DNA of 64,000 nucleotides from Candidatus Rifleibacteriota bacterium. Lineage in GTDB: Bacteria > Muiribacteriota > Ozemobacteria > Ozemobacterales > Ozemobacteraceae. The notes under the pieces are model-generated. The model was not told the origin of the DNA and made no database searches. It saw only the letters and a program-made list of their open reading frames with translations. Both the position numbers and the translations under genes were made by a program. The DNA lies in assembly GCA_024710355.1 (NCBI GenBank), contig JANJUX010000055.1, positions 34,248 to 98,247 on the forward strand, written 5' to 3'. Within the stretch, counting starts at the first letter, position 1; each line of letters opens with the position of its first letter. Of this stretch, positions 16,381 to 25,505 are shown piece after piece.

Positions 16381-19131
16381 ATGGCAAGCATAAGCAATGA
16401 AGATATTATTGCCTTTCTTAAGTCTGACAGTTCAGGTAATGTAATTAAAACTCTCCAGGGCCTGCTGAAAAACATTGATCAGGCACAAGCCCCGGTCATA
16501 ACTGCCTGCGTAGAAAAGTTAGTTAAATCAGAAGATGTTGGAATAAGGTTCTGGGCAAAAAAAGTTCTTAATGAAACCGGAAAATATCACCCCAAAAACT
16601 CGCAATTTTCACAGTCCGAAGCTATTGCCGGCGAAAAAAACAAAGAATTGCCTGTTGAAATGCTTGTCGAAAAATTGAAATCTGTGCCATCAACACATGT
16701 TTCGATCGAAGTAATTAGAAAAATATGTGAAAGTAAAAAACCAGAGGCATTGGTTGCTTTAAAAGATTATTTAAAAAGCTGCCAGGATATATATCAGGTT
16801 TCTTATCTGACCAAATTTATTGGCATTTTCTATCCATCTGAAAGCACTTTGCATTTTCTGCTACCGTATCTGAAACATTCTGATGAGCGAGTTGTGGCTA
16901 ATACAATTGAGGGCATTGATGCAATGGGTTTGCCAAGCGGGATTGCAATCATTTCTCAACTTCTGGATAATCCTTCTGCCAGAATTAGAGCCAATGCTGC
17001 AAAAGCAATTGCCGGGCAGAAATTTGACAAAGCTTTTCCAGTAATCGAAAAAATGTTGCGCACAAAAGATAAAATTAATTTTGTATTTTCAGCCTGCTAC
17101 GCCATTCAGATAATAAATGACCAGAGATTTTTTTCCCTACTTGGTGAACTGTTGAATGACGAAATCACTTTTGAAATCTCGTTGGCAACCATTCTTCGAT
17201 GCTCAGATAAGGGTGCTGTGATTTCATTTTTACAAAATATTTCTCTTGAAGATGCTTGCAAACAGGCTCTGGTAAAAAGAAAATTACTTGAATTAACTAA
17301 TTCAACAGCAGATGCGGGCAGAGGTAGTAGCCAAACCAGACCCGGCCAATCTGCTCATCAAAATTGTTCCGAACCTGAAGAATTCAGTTTTGAGTTACTC
17401 ATCTCAGAAGAAGTTCAGGCTTCCTGCGTTCGAGCCATCGCGATTATAAAACGCATCCTTGAGAGGAGTTCTGGGTCTGATTTTACGAAATTAGCAGGCT
17501 ACATGCAAAGTTGCAAGGATACAGTGCAAATTTCCTTTCTTGCCAGGCATCTTCCAAAAACTTTCCCTAATGAAACTCTCTTACCAAACATGGGGCAGCT
17601 CCTCAGGCATGAAAATGAAGGGGTTGTCGTTAGCACAATCGAAGGGCTTGCCTTTATAAAAACACCCTCGTCTGTTGCGCTTGTTGCACAAATGGCAGGG
17701 CACTCCTCCAATAGCGTCAGGTCTACTGCAGGCAGGGTTCTGAGCGAATTTGCCCCGGAATTAACCACAGCAGTTCTGAAAAAGCTTTTAAAAGCTAAAG
17801 ATAAGCCGAATTTTGTCATTGCCGCCTGTCAATCTGCCAAACTTTTAAAAGACCCGGAATATCTTCAGCCATTAGTCAATTTTGTTGGCGATCCTTTGTT
17901 TGAAAAACCAGCCTTAGATGCCATCATCGGAATTGGTGGCGATGAGTCAATCAAAACACTGGAGTCTCTTCTTGACATTGATGTACCAGAATTTCGTGCC
18001 AAAATTCTGCAATCGATCAAACAGATTAAATCCCAGGGGCAGTCTGAGAAAATTGAAAAAGTTATTTCTGATACTCTGGAAACCGGGAAAAAGGCTCTGG
18101 GAGGAATATTTAATTTGTTCTCGAAAGAGGAGAAGCCCTCAAAAAGCCAAGAGGAGACACAAGAGGCAACAAAGGAAAGCTTTTTCAGGCAAAAGGATCA
18201 GGTGAGTGAAAATCAGAATGCCTTTGAGGGCAACAGCAAGGCAACTCATGACGAAGACAAACAATCATCCACCCAGAGAACCCGTGAAACCGAACTGAAC
18301 CGTGCTGACGATAAAGCAGAGTCTCGTGAAGCCGAACCAAGCTGCGCTGACGATAAGGCTGAAGACCGAGAAAAAAACAATTTCAAAAAAAGTAAAGAAT
18401 GCCCATTCTGCGGTGAGCAAATCAACCTGAATGCCATAAAATGCCGATACTGTAATGAATTTATGGAAGGCTCCAGGAATGCCGACAGGATTGCCGGACT
18501 CGCAGAGGCTGCCCTTGGCAATATTAATCCATACAGGATTATCGGGCTCATAAGTTCCATCCTCATGGGAATTGGTATATTTTTGCCCTTTGAGCGATTT
18601 CCAATATTTGGTGGTCCATCTATCTTTCAACGAAACCCAGAAGTTGGCTCGATATATCTATTCTTTGCAATACTTTGCATTGTTGGATACGCTATCCGGA
18701 GTTATTTGCTGGTAATACTGGTATCTGGCTTCACCGGTTTGGCATTTTATGCCATGCTGGAAGGTGTTAATAACTCAAAAAAAACTTTATTCAAAGCTGT
18801 ATTCACACATCTCAAACAGCTGGGAATTCATGATGAATCAGCTTCAGCTGCTCCTCCTGAAATAGTTCATTTTGGCGAAGGAGCCTATTTAATAGGCATT
18901 GGTATCAGTATGGCTTTTATTTTTACCATTTTTGCTTCTGTTCGAGAGAATTCTTTGGGAATACGTACTTTTCACCAGAAAATTGTGATGTTAACCTTTT
19001 TGGGTGGGAGTTTCGGTTGGGTTATTGATTTTAATTCTGGAGAATCGCTGTTTTATCTTTTAGTTTTTGGGTTAACAGGCTTTGTAACAGCGGTTTTTAT
19101 CGAAAAACTGGAAGGATTGTTTCGCAAATAA
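16381..19131 (+). CDS. Membrane protein: duplicated HEAT-repeat module, low-complexity linker, zinc ribbon, C-terminal TM helices
   Basis: HSDERVVANTIEGI...ARIRANAAKAI repeated as HENEGVVVSTIEGL...NSVRSTAGRVL. CPFCGE..AIKCRYC zinc ribbon, about 6 TM segments. Visibly AT-richer than the flanking genes. Confidence 0.8.
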   Translation: MASISNEDIIAFLKSDSSGNVIKTLQGLLKNIDQAQAPVITACVEKLVKSEDVGIRFWAKKVLNETGKYHPKNSQFSQSEAIAGEKNKELPVEMLVEKLKSVPSTHVSIEVIRKICESKKPEALVALKDYLKSCQDIYQVSYLTKFIGIFYPSESTLHFLLPYLKHSDERVVANTIEGIDAMGLPSGIAIISQLLDNPSARIRANAAKAIAGQKFDKAFPVIEKMLRTKDKINFVFSACYAIQIINDQRFFSLLGELLNDEITFEISLATILRCSDKGAVISFLQNISLEDACKQALVKRKLLELTNSTADAGRGSSQTRPGQSAHQNCSEPEEFSFELLISEEVQASCVRAIAIIKRILERSSGSDFTKLAGYMQSCKDTVQISFLARHLPKTFPNETLLPNMGQLLRHENEGVVVSTIEGLAFIKTPSSVALVAQMAGHSSNSVRSTAGRVLSEFAPELTTAVLKKLLKAKDKPNFVIAACQSAKLLKDPEYLQPLVNFVGDPLFEKPALDAIIGIGGDESIKTLESLLDIDVPEFRAKILQSIKQIKSQGQSEKIEKVISDTLETGKKALGGIFNLFSKEEKPSKSQEETQEATKESFFRQKDQVSENQNAFEGNSKATHDEDKQSSTQRTRETELNRADDKAESREAEPSCADDKAEDREKNNFKKSKECPFCGEQINLNAIKCRYCNEFMEGSRNADRIAGLAEAALGNINPYRIIGLISSILMGIGIFLPFERFPIFGGPSIFQRNPEVGSIYLFFAILCIVGYAIRSYLLVILVSGFTGLAFYAMLEGVNNSKKTLFKAVFTHLKQLGIHDESASAAPPEIVHFGEGAYLIGIGISMAFIFTIFASVRENSLGIRTFHQKIVMLTFLGGSFGWVIDFNSGESLFYLLVFGLTGFVTAVFIEKLEGLFRK
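18283..18366 (+). repeat. In-frame 42-bp tandem duplication (RETELNRADDKAES / REAEPSCADDKAED)
   Basis: cgtgaaaccgaactgaaccgtgctgacgataaagcagagtct followed by cgtgaagccgaaccaagctgcgctgacgataaggctgaagac. Confidence 0.8.
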
Positions 19132-19238
19132 TTAGCTATCGGCCAGTTCGGGTTACCTGCAGGATGTGTTTGACGCGAGAGGCAAATTTCGAGGACTTCT
19201 GAAACTTTGCATTTGCCAATCTTCTGCTAACAATTTCT

Positions 19239-19262
19239 GCCACCTGAAGGGCCACCTGAAGG
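19239..19262. repeat. Perfect 12-bp tandem direct repeat between the convergent HEAT genes
   Basis: GCCACCTGAAGG GCCACCTGAAGG. Confidence 0.8.
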
Positions 19263-19305
19263 TTTAAAACCAGTAGCATTGTCGCCTGGAGCGGTTAAGT
19301 CTCAA

Positions 19306-21651
19306 TCAGTAGACTGTAGCTCTTTTCAGTTCCAATATCAGTCCGCTCATGAAACCGGTTGAAATGCCGCTGATCAGACCTGAGAAAGTGACCCGTTGGC
19401 CATTTTCAAGACTCTTGCCAATCGATTCGGATACTTCGAAAAAGACGTGGTATTTGCTTGCAGACGGGGAATCAATGTCCACATGGCATTTATAAGGAGA
19501 AAACCAGCCGCCGGAGACACTGTTTACCCAGCCTGAACCGCTTACGGTAATTTTGTTGAGAAAAGTTGTCAGACGTTCGGAAGGATAGGATGTTTCCTGC
19601 AAAATTTCGGCGATTTCATCATAGGTATACTGGTTTTTACGCTGAAGTTTTTTGATGATTTCCTCTTCACGTTTTTTATTTTCTTCAGATTGCTTCTGCA
19701 TTTCAAGTTTCATTTGTTTCTGTTCTTCGGCAATTTCTTCGAGGGTCTTGAAACCGGGAACCCGTGAGTTTGCAAGGCCGGAAACGATTTCGACATCGCT
19801 CAGGCCAACATCCCAGGTAGCGAGAAATGTTCCGGCACTGGTTATTTTGCCATTAAACTCGATGTTAGCCCCTTCCGCAAGACGTGAAGCAGTTTCTTCA
19901 TTGACCGGAAAATTAATTTCCGCAGCCGAAAGGCCGGCACCGGGGGCATCGATATCTACTCCAACCATATAATTCTGCTTAATAAGATCGCCATTAACAG
20001 TCTGCACCCAGCCTTTCCAGCTGACATTTTTGCCGTTCATCGCTGCGGCAAATTCATCAATGCAGGTTCCGTCGCCCTCATTGAGGCGCATCCGACATTC
20101 TTCACGAATTTCGAGCAGAGTATAATTGTCTCCGCTTTTTACACGGTCAAGAAGAGAAGAAGAAAAGAGTCCACCTGACCATGATTTGGATCTGGTATTC
20201 GCTTTCGTGCCCGAACCCGAACCCGTGCCCCTGGCATTACCGGCTGCGGGCATATGCGCGTTTAAAATGGTCGCAATCCATAAAAGGAAAACAAAACTGG
20301 CAAACGAAGACCCCCAGAGGCAGCCGAAAGCTTCTTTTGGCGACCTGAATCCTAATTTTTCCGGCCAGAGGCAGCCGGCGATTCCGGCAAAAAAGAGAGC
20401 CGGTGTGCCGAGAAGAAGAAGCAATGCCCCCAGCGCGGGCAGCAGCCTGAAAAGCGTGAATGGCAGAAAATTAAAAAGAATGGCTGAAGCCAGAAAAAGC
20501 AGACAGATTGCCAGATAAATGATCAGATATTCCGGAAGATAATATCTGACGGCTGAATGGATTTTTTTCCAGTCGATACCCTTCAGAAAATCTATAACCT
20601 GTTCCTTGGAAGGCATGCTGTTGGGTTCAGGCTTAGTGTACTGAGGTCTGTAAAATCCAGGCTTCAAATTTTCCGTCTTAACCGGTTTTCTAACAGGCTC
20701 CGGAGCCGGTTTGGGTGGCGGTTCCGGAGTGGGTTTTTCCGCTTCGGGATTTTTGATCCTGTTGATGACAGCTTTAACTTTGTTTTGAGCTGCCGGGTTG
20801 AGATCGTCAATTACCGCTTCGAGATAAGTAAGTGATTCGGCTCCGCCTATTGCAGCGACAGCCTTCAGCGAGCCGTCGAACAACAAAGGGTCTGAGAGGC
20901 TTTCTGCCAGATAAGGCAGATAATCCGGGGATGGTATGTGGCAGATCGCAGAGCAGGCAGCCAGGAAGAAATGCGGCAACTCGCGCTTTTCGAGCATTTT
21001 GATCAGCATTTTCCCTGATACGTCGGGGCGTGCTGAAGCGATAGCCCTCGCAGCATTTGCTTTTACTCTGTGATTCGTGTGTTCGAGCAGCTGAGCGAAT
21101 ATTACCACACATTTGGGGGTATCGATTGCCTCGAGCCCTTCAATAGTATTGGCGACGATTCTTTCGTCATTATTTTTAAGGTATGGCACCAGGACCGGAA
21201 TAAGGTCTTCGCGGGGAAAATAAACGCCAAGATTCTTGGTGATGAATGAGATGACAATCGGATCGCCGGCAGTTGCGAGATAGTTCAGCAGCAGAACCAG
21301 ATCGTTTTCGACCCGTTTAATCATGATTTTCTGAAGAATCTCGATCGCGACAAAGTGAGATTGCGCCGTCTGCAGCTTTTTGAAAAGCATTTCAGAACTG
21401 AGTGAATCATTGTCGAATGTCTCTGGATTCGAGGGCACAGAAGTCGATGAGGGTGCTTCAGACCGCTTTGAGATGGCAGTGTAGACTTTTCTGGCCCAGA
21501 AACGAACGGCAGTGTCATCTGAACTGGTCAGTTCTCTGAGGGCCGTGGCGGTTGATTCATCGGGCTGGAACGAATTGTCCTTAAAAAGTTCCTGTAGCAG
21601 TTTTGCTTTTTTTTCGTTGTCAGCTTTGTTCAGCAATTCAGTTATCTGCAT
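19306..21651 (-). CDS. Membrane protein: HEAT-repeat module, Pro-rich linker, 3 TM helices, two OB-fold-like domains
   Basis: N-terminus paralogous to 16381..19131 (DDTAVRFWARK; NNDERIVANTIEGL...HRVKANAARAI). PEPPPKPAPEP linker. Two repeats: VSWKGWVQTV..VDIDAP..LAEGANIEFNGKI and VSGSGWVNSV..VDIDSP..LENGQRVTFSGLI. Confidence 0.8.
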   Translation of the reverse strand: MQITELLNKADNEKKAKLLQELFKDNSFQPDESTATALRELTSSDDTAVRFWARKVYTAISKRSEAPSSTSVPSNPETFDNDSLSSEMLFKKLQTAQSHFVAIEILQKIMIKRVENDLVLLLNYLATAGDPIVISFITKNLGVYFPREDLIPVLVPYLKNNDERIVANTIEGLEAIDTPKCVVIFAQLLEHTNHRVKANAARAIASARPDVSGKMLIKMLEKRELPHFFLAACSAICHIPSPDYLPYLAESLSDPLLFDGSLKAVAAIGGAESLTYLEAVIDDLNPAAQNKVKAVINRIKNPEAEKPTPEPPPKPAPEPVRKPVKTENLKPGFYRPQYTKPEPNSMPSKEQVIDFLKGIDWKKIHSAVRYYLPEYLIIYLAICLLFLASAILFNFLPFTLFRLLPALGALLLLLGTPALFFAGIAGCLWPEKLGFRSPKEAFGCLWGSSFASFVFLLWIATILNAHMPAAGNARGTGSGSGTKANTRSKSWSGGLFSSSLLDRVKSGDNYTLLEIREECRMRLNEGDGTCIDEFAAAMNGKNVSWKGWVQTVNGDLIKQNYMVGVDIDAPGAGLSAAEINFPVNEETASRLAEGANIEFNGKITSAGTFLATWDVGLSDVEIVSGLANSRVPGFKTLEEIAEEQKQMKLEMQKQSEENKKREEEIIKKLQRKNQYTYDEIAEILQETSYPSERLTTFLNKITVSGSGWVNSVSGGWFSPYKCHVDIDSPSASKYHVFFEVSESIGKSLENGQRVTFSGLISGISTGFMSGLILELKRATVY

Positions 21652-21809
21652 GGCGATTCTCTCACATGGTGTTTACAAGTCTATCTGGAAACTCAAAAGG
21701 CCCGATTTGCAAGCACATTCTAGCAGATCGGGCGTCAAATGGTCAATTGCCGTTCTCGTTCCTATACAACCTCTAAAAAAATATGGTTCATGGCCGCCTT
21801 GCCTGAAAA

Positions 21810-22241
21810 TCAAGCAGCCCAGTTTTCGAGCTTTAGGCGCGGAATCCGGCTGAATTCTCTTTCATTGTTTGAGACAAGAGTAAGGTCTCTGGCGAGGGCC
21901 TGCGCGGCGAGCTGCAGGTCGTAGGCTCCTATTGGCGTCCCTTTTTCCTCAAGAAATGCCCTGATTTTTCCATATTCAGTCGCATCCAGGGAAGTGAAAT
22001 CAATGATGGAGAATGGGGCGAGAAATTCGACAAGGGCTTCACGCGTAGTGTTTTTTCTGCTGCTTTTCTGTAGACCATATTCGAGCTCTGCGACAGTTAC
22101 AGAAGAAATGGCAATTTCGTCAACCGATCTTTGTCGCACCTTTTCAACTACGCTTTTTGAGCGCATGTTGATGGCGTAGATGCAAATATTTGTATCGAGC
22201 AGGTAGATGAGTTTGATCTCGCGACTTTTTTTGCCTTTCAT
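21810..22241 (-). CDS. vapC: VapC PIN-domain toxin
   Basis: YLLDTNICIY, ISSVTVAELEYG and GTPIGAYDLQLAAQAL..LVSNNEREFSRI motifs. Start overlaps the antitoxin stop. Confidence 0.95.
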   Translation of the reverse strand: MKGKKSREIKLIYLLDTNICIYAINMRSKSVVEKVRQRSVDEIAISSVTVAELEYGLQKSSRKNTTREALVEFLAPFSIIDFTSLDATEYGKIRAFLEEKGTPIGAYDLQLAAQALARDLTLVSNNEREFSRIPRLKLENWAA

Positions 22242-22465
22242 AATTCTCTGTCTGTTGGTGCGGGCTGATTTCTGCTGGTCATAAAATCATCTGGAAATTT
22301 TTCAAGAGAATTTTCGAAAAGATCGAAAGCAGAGCCAGCCGGGTATAAAACCACAAGGTCACCAATTTTCTTGACGAGGACTTCAGATTCTTTAAACCTG
22401 CATTCTTTCGGCAATCTAACTGCCTGGCTCTGACCATTCATGAAAATTTTCGCCACTCTGGTCAT
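22238..22465 (-). CDS. vapB: VapB antitoxin (AbrB/SpoVT type)
   Basis: AKIFMNGQSQAVRLPKECRF motif. GGAGG RBS before ATG 22465. Confidence 0.95.
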   Translation of the reverse strand: MTRVAKIFMNGQSQAVRLPKECRFKESEVLVKKIGDLVVLYPAGSAFDLFENSLEKFPDDFMTSRNQPAPTDREL

Positions 22466-22475
22466 ACGGCCCTCC

Positions 22476-22504
22476 ATATATTTTTAGTATATATCAAAAT
22501 ATAT
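22476..22504. promoter_or_regulatory. Inverted repeat, probable VapBC autorepression operator
   Basis: ATATATTTT-11bp-AAAATATAT directly upstream of the vapB RBS. Confidence 0.55.
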
Positions 22505-22765
22505 ATCATGAGCTGCCTACTGTAAAGCAGCATCTGGTAGTTTTCGTTGGTTTGAGTTTTGCATTTTTTTATTTTTCGCATTCGAGGAAAATTTTCTGCG
22601 TGACTATGGTTGTTTCGGGAGAATTTCCTTGAAACTGCTGCTTTTTGCCCCTTGAGGCTGGAACGCTTTTTGCTTTTGTTATGTTTCGGTGAAAAAAAAT
22701 AGAAAATTTCCGGAATATAACTGCTGAAGACGTTGAAAATGTTACGGCAAGCAAGGAGGGGCAAA

Positions 22766-24820
22766 ATGAAAAGGTTTAACGCGGGGACCCTGGCTCTGCT
22801 CTGTGTTTTCCTGCTGGTGCTCGTGGCTCAGTCGTTCGGTGCCACCAGTGACGATCTGCAGGCGATCAAAAAACATATTGCCACCTGTGAGGCTGGCGTA
22901 AAGCTCAACCAGTATTTTGTTCGCGTTAACCAGAGCTATCTGCAGCGCCAGATCAGCAACACTCAGACTCTGGCCGGCAATTACCAGCGCCAGCTCGACA
23001 ATCTGCCGCGCAATCTGGTCAACAATGTGAACGCGGTCAACCGCAAACTGGCTGCGACCAACAATTCATGCCTTAAAGAACTGCAGGCGAATTCTGCTGA
23101 GATTGCCAGAGTCGGCCGCGAGTTTGACGCCCTGATCGAGTATCAGGCCATGCAGAAACAGATCGAACCCGCCCGCGCCGCTGTCTTTAACCGTGAAATA
23201 GCCAGACTTGAAAGTCTCAAAAAAAACCGTCTGGCATCATATCGCAGCCGCGAGACATATATTCTGTCGCGCATGCAGCTGGCTAAAAAAGATGCCGACC
23301 GGCAGATTTACCAGCTGAAACAGAGTCACATGGCGAATCGCAGCTCACTGCTCAAGCGCATTCAATCGGTATGGTCACAGCTGAATTCGACAATAAACAG
23401 GATCAACCAGCTTGTCGGCCGACTTTATGAGCAGATTGGCCGTCTGACTGAGACAATTGCCGAACTCGAAAAGAAACTGGCCGACAGTGCAGGTTCGAAT
23501 AACGGCTCTGGCAATGATTATGGCACCGGTCAGACCGGCCAGCTGCTCACCGGGGAACTTGTCTGTCTCGAAACACAAAAACAGAACCGACCGGTTTACA
23601 GCGGTGAACAGCTCACCTTTTCACTCGAAAATCTGCGCCGGGTATCCGTTACGCAAGCCGGCACCGTTTATTATGTCGTCGCCCCGGCCACAGTCGCCAG
23701 CTGGAGCTGGAAAGCTGAGGGTGGCAGTTTTGACGCCAGACGTGCGCTCGAGTCTGCCCTGCCGGTGCAGCGAAAAATCTGGAACACCGCCGACCGGGCC
23801 GGCTGGTACAGCATTGAATGCGGCGTCGACGTTTACGGCAACGGTAAGCTGACCGCAACTTTTACTCATCGTCTTTACATAAGCCAGAAGATGGTTGTGC
23901 AGCCGCCTGCCTCCTTCTCGATCAACATCGTCGGGCAGAGCCCGATTCCGTGCAGCCTGAACGCCAGGCGCCAGGTTGAGTTTACGCAGACTTTTACCGC
24001 TGACACAGCCCTTACCAGCACTCTGACCTGGCTGGCGACGCCGGGCAAGCTCGAAGTGAACGGCAAAACCGCAAGGTGGAGCCTGACCTGCGCTCTTGAC
24101 GCCATGCCTGACGTGGTGACAGTAACCTGTCTTTCGAGCTTCAATGGCCAGAGTTACCGCTGTGAGAAAAAGTTTGAACTGTCGAAAAAGGCTGCCGAAG
24201 ATGAAAAAGACCCGGCAACTGCCGCGAAGAACGCTGACCCGGCAACGCTTCTCGGTTATTTTGAAAAGCTTGGTATTAAAATTGATAATAATTTCGGGCC
24301 GAATGGCATGCCAGAACTCTGGAGCCGCGAACAGCTCTATTACGCCTGGAAAACTGTCACTTCGCTGCCTGAACATTTTGCCGCTTCGCTCAAAACCCTG
24401 AAGCGTGTGACCGGCTTTCCCGGCAACCCGCTGGTGCTTGGTTACGTCTATGGGGGTATTCCGACCGTCTACATGTGCAACTTATCGACCGGCGGCAGTC
24501 GCTTTGAAACAACCCTGGTTCATGAAATGGCCCATGTCTGGTATTTTGACAAAGCCAATCTGGACATAAAAAATGCCTGGCAAAACACCTTCTGGAAAGA
24601 CGGCAAACTGGCAACTGCGGTTAAAGAGCCGCCGGTTTCGATCTACGGGCACACCAACGTTCACGAAGATTTCGCTGAAGCCTGCAAATACTACTGGTCC
24701 GATGGCCCGAAAATGGCCGAAACCAGCCCGCTGCGTTATAAATTTCTGCATGAACAGGTTTTTAAAATGCAGTACACCGCCGCCAACCCTTATTCAAAAG
24801 AAAAAATCTACCAGCCCTGA
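22766..24820 (+). CDS. Secreted protein: coiled coil, beta-rich middle region, C-terminal HExxH zinc metallopeptidase (zincin, lethal-factor-like)
   Basis: Signal peptide, long heptad region, TLVHEMAHVW and downstream SIYGHTNVHEDFAEA...PLRYKFL. AGGAGG RBS. Confidence 0.8.
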   Translation: MKRFNAGTLALLCVFLLVLVAQSFGATSDDLQAIKKHIATCEAGVKLNQYFVRVNQSYLQRQISNTQTLAGNYQRQLDNLPRNLVNNVNAVNRKLAATNNSCLKELQANSAEIARVGREFDALIEYQAMQKQIEPARAAVFNREIARLESLKKNRLASYRSRETYILSRMQLAKKDADRQIYQLKQSHMANRSSLLKRIQSVWSQLNSTINRINQLVGRLYEQIGRLTETIAELEKKLADSAGSNNGSGNDYGTGQTGQLLTGELVCLETQKQNRPVYSGEQLTFSLENLRRVSVTQAGTVYYVVAPATVASWSWKAEGGSFDARRALESALPVQRKIWNTADRAGWYSIECGVDVYGNGKLTATFTHRLYISQKMVVQPPASFSINIVGQSPIPCSLNARRQVEFTQTFTADTALTSTLTWLATPGKLEVNGKTARWSLTCALDAMPDVVTVTCLSSFNGQSYRCEKKFELSKKAAEDEKDPATAAKNADPATLLGYFEKLGIKIDNNFGPNGMPELWSREQLYYAWKTVTSLPEHFAASLKTLKRVTGFPGNPLVLGYVYGGIPTVYMCNLSTGGSRFETTLVHEMAHVWYFDKANLDIKNAWQNTFWKDGKLATAVKEPPVSIYGHTNVHEDFAEACKYYWSDGPKMAETSPLRYKFLHEQVFKMQYTAANPYSKEKIYQP

Positions 24821-24967
24821 AAAAGTAACCTGACCGATAGACCGCGACATCGAATCAGGTATAGAATTGCCGGTATGCTATTCCCGCGTCTGATTCTTCG
24901 AGACATAAGCGTGGGGAGTTGTAAAAGCCCGTGAACAGATGTGACGAACGAACAAAAGGGGAAAATT

Positions 24968-25432
24968 ATGAAATACTTGATGATGGCTGTATTATTTCTC
25001 GGAATCCTTTCGACCGGGGTGCATGCAATGATAGAAACCCTCAACCTCGATGAGCTGGTTGGCCGCTCGGAAATGATCTTGACCGGAAAAGTCACGGCAA
25101 TCAAGCCGGTGCCGAGAACGCCCGAGACTGCCGCAATTTATGCCGATCTGCCCGAACAGCTCTCTTTTCTCGATAACGAAATTGAAGTGATCGAAAGCTG
25201 CAAAGGCAGTCTGAAGGCCGGCGAAAAGCTCAGCGTCAGAACTCTCAGCGGCTTCGAAGATTCGAGTATTTTTGTTGCCGACCGCAGTTACCTGCTTTTT
25301 CTCGCCGTCAGAGACGGGCAATATGAGGTCGTAAACACGCCGCAGGGCTGCTGGCCGGTCGAAGAGGACGGCAAATTCGGCGGCATGGGCTTCGAAACGA
25401 CCATGGAACAGGTCAAAGCCGCAATCAAATAG
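24968..25432 (+). CDS. Small exported protein, TIMP/NTR-like OB fold
   Basis: Signal peptide ending VHA. LDELVGRSEMILTGKVTAI...IEVIESCKG...YLLFL pattern. Confidence 0.55.
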   Translation: MKYLMMAVLFLGILSTGVHAMIETLNLDELVGRSEMILTGKVTAIKPVPRTPETAAIYADLPEQLSFLDNEIEVIESCKGSLKAGEKLSVRTLSGFEDSSIFVADRSYLLFLAVRDGQYEVVNTPQGCWPVEEDGKFGGMGFETTMEQVKAAIK

Positions 25433-25505
25433 TTTTTGCAATATTTTCAGCAGCTGTCGCGATTTTCAAGTCGTGCCTGTTTGGCAATTGTGAGACATAA
25501 GAACC

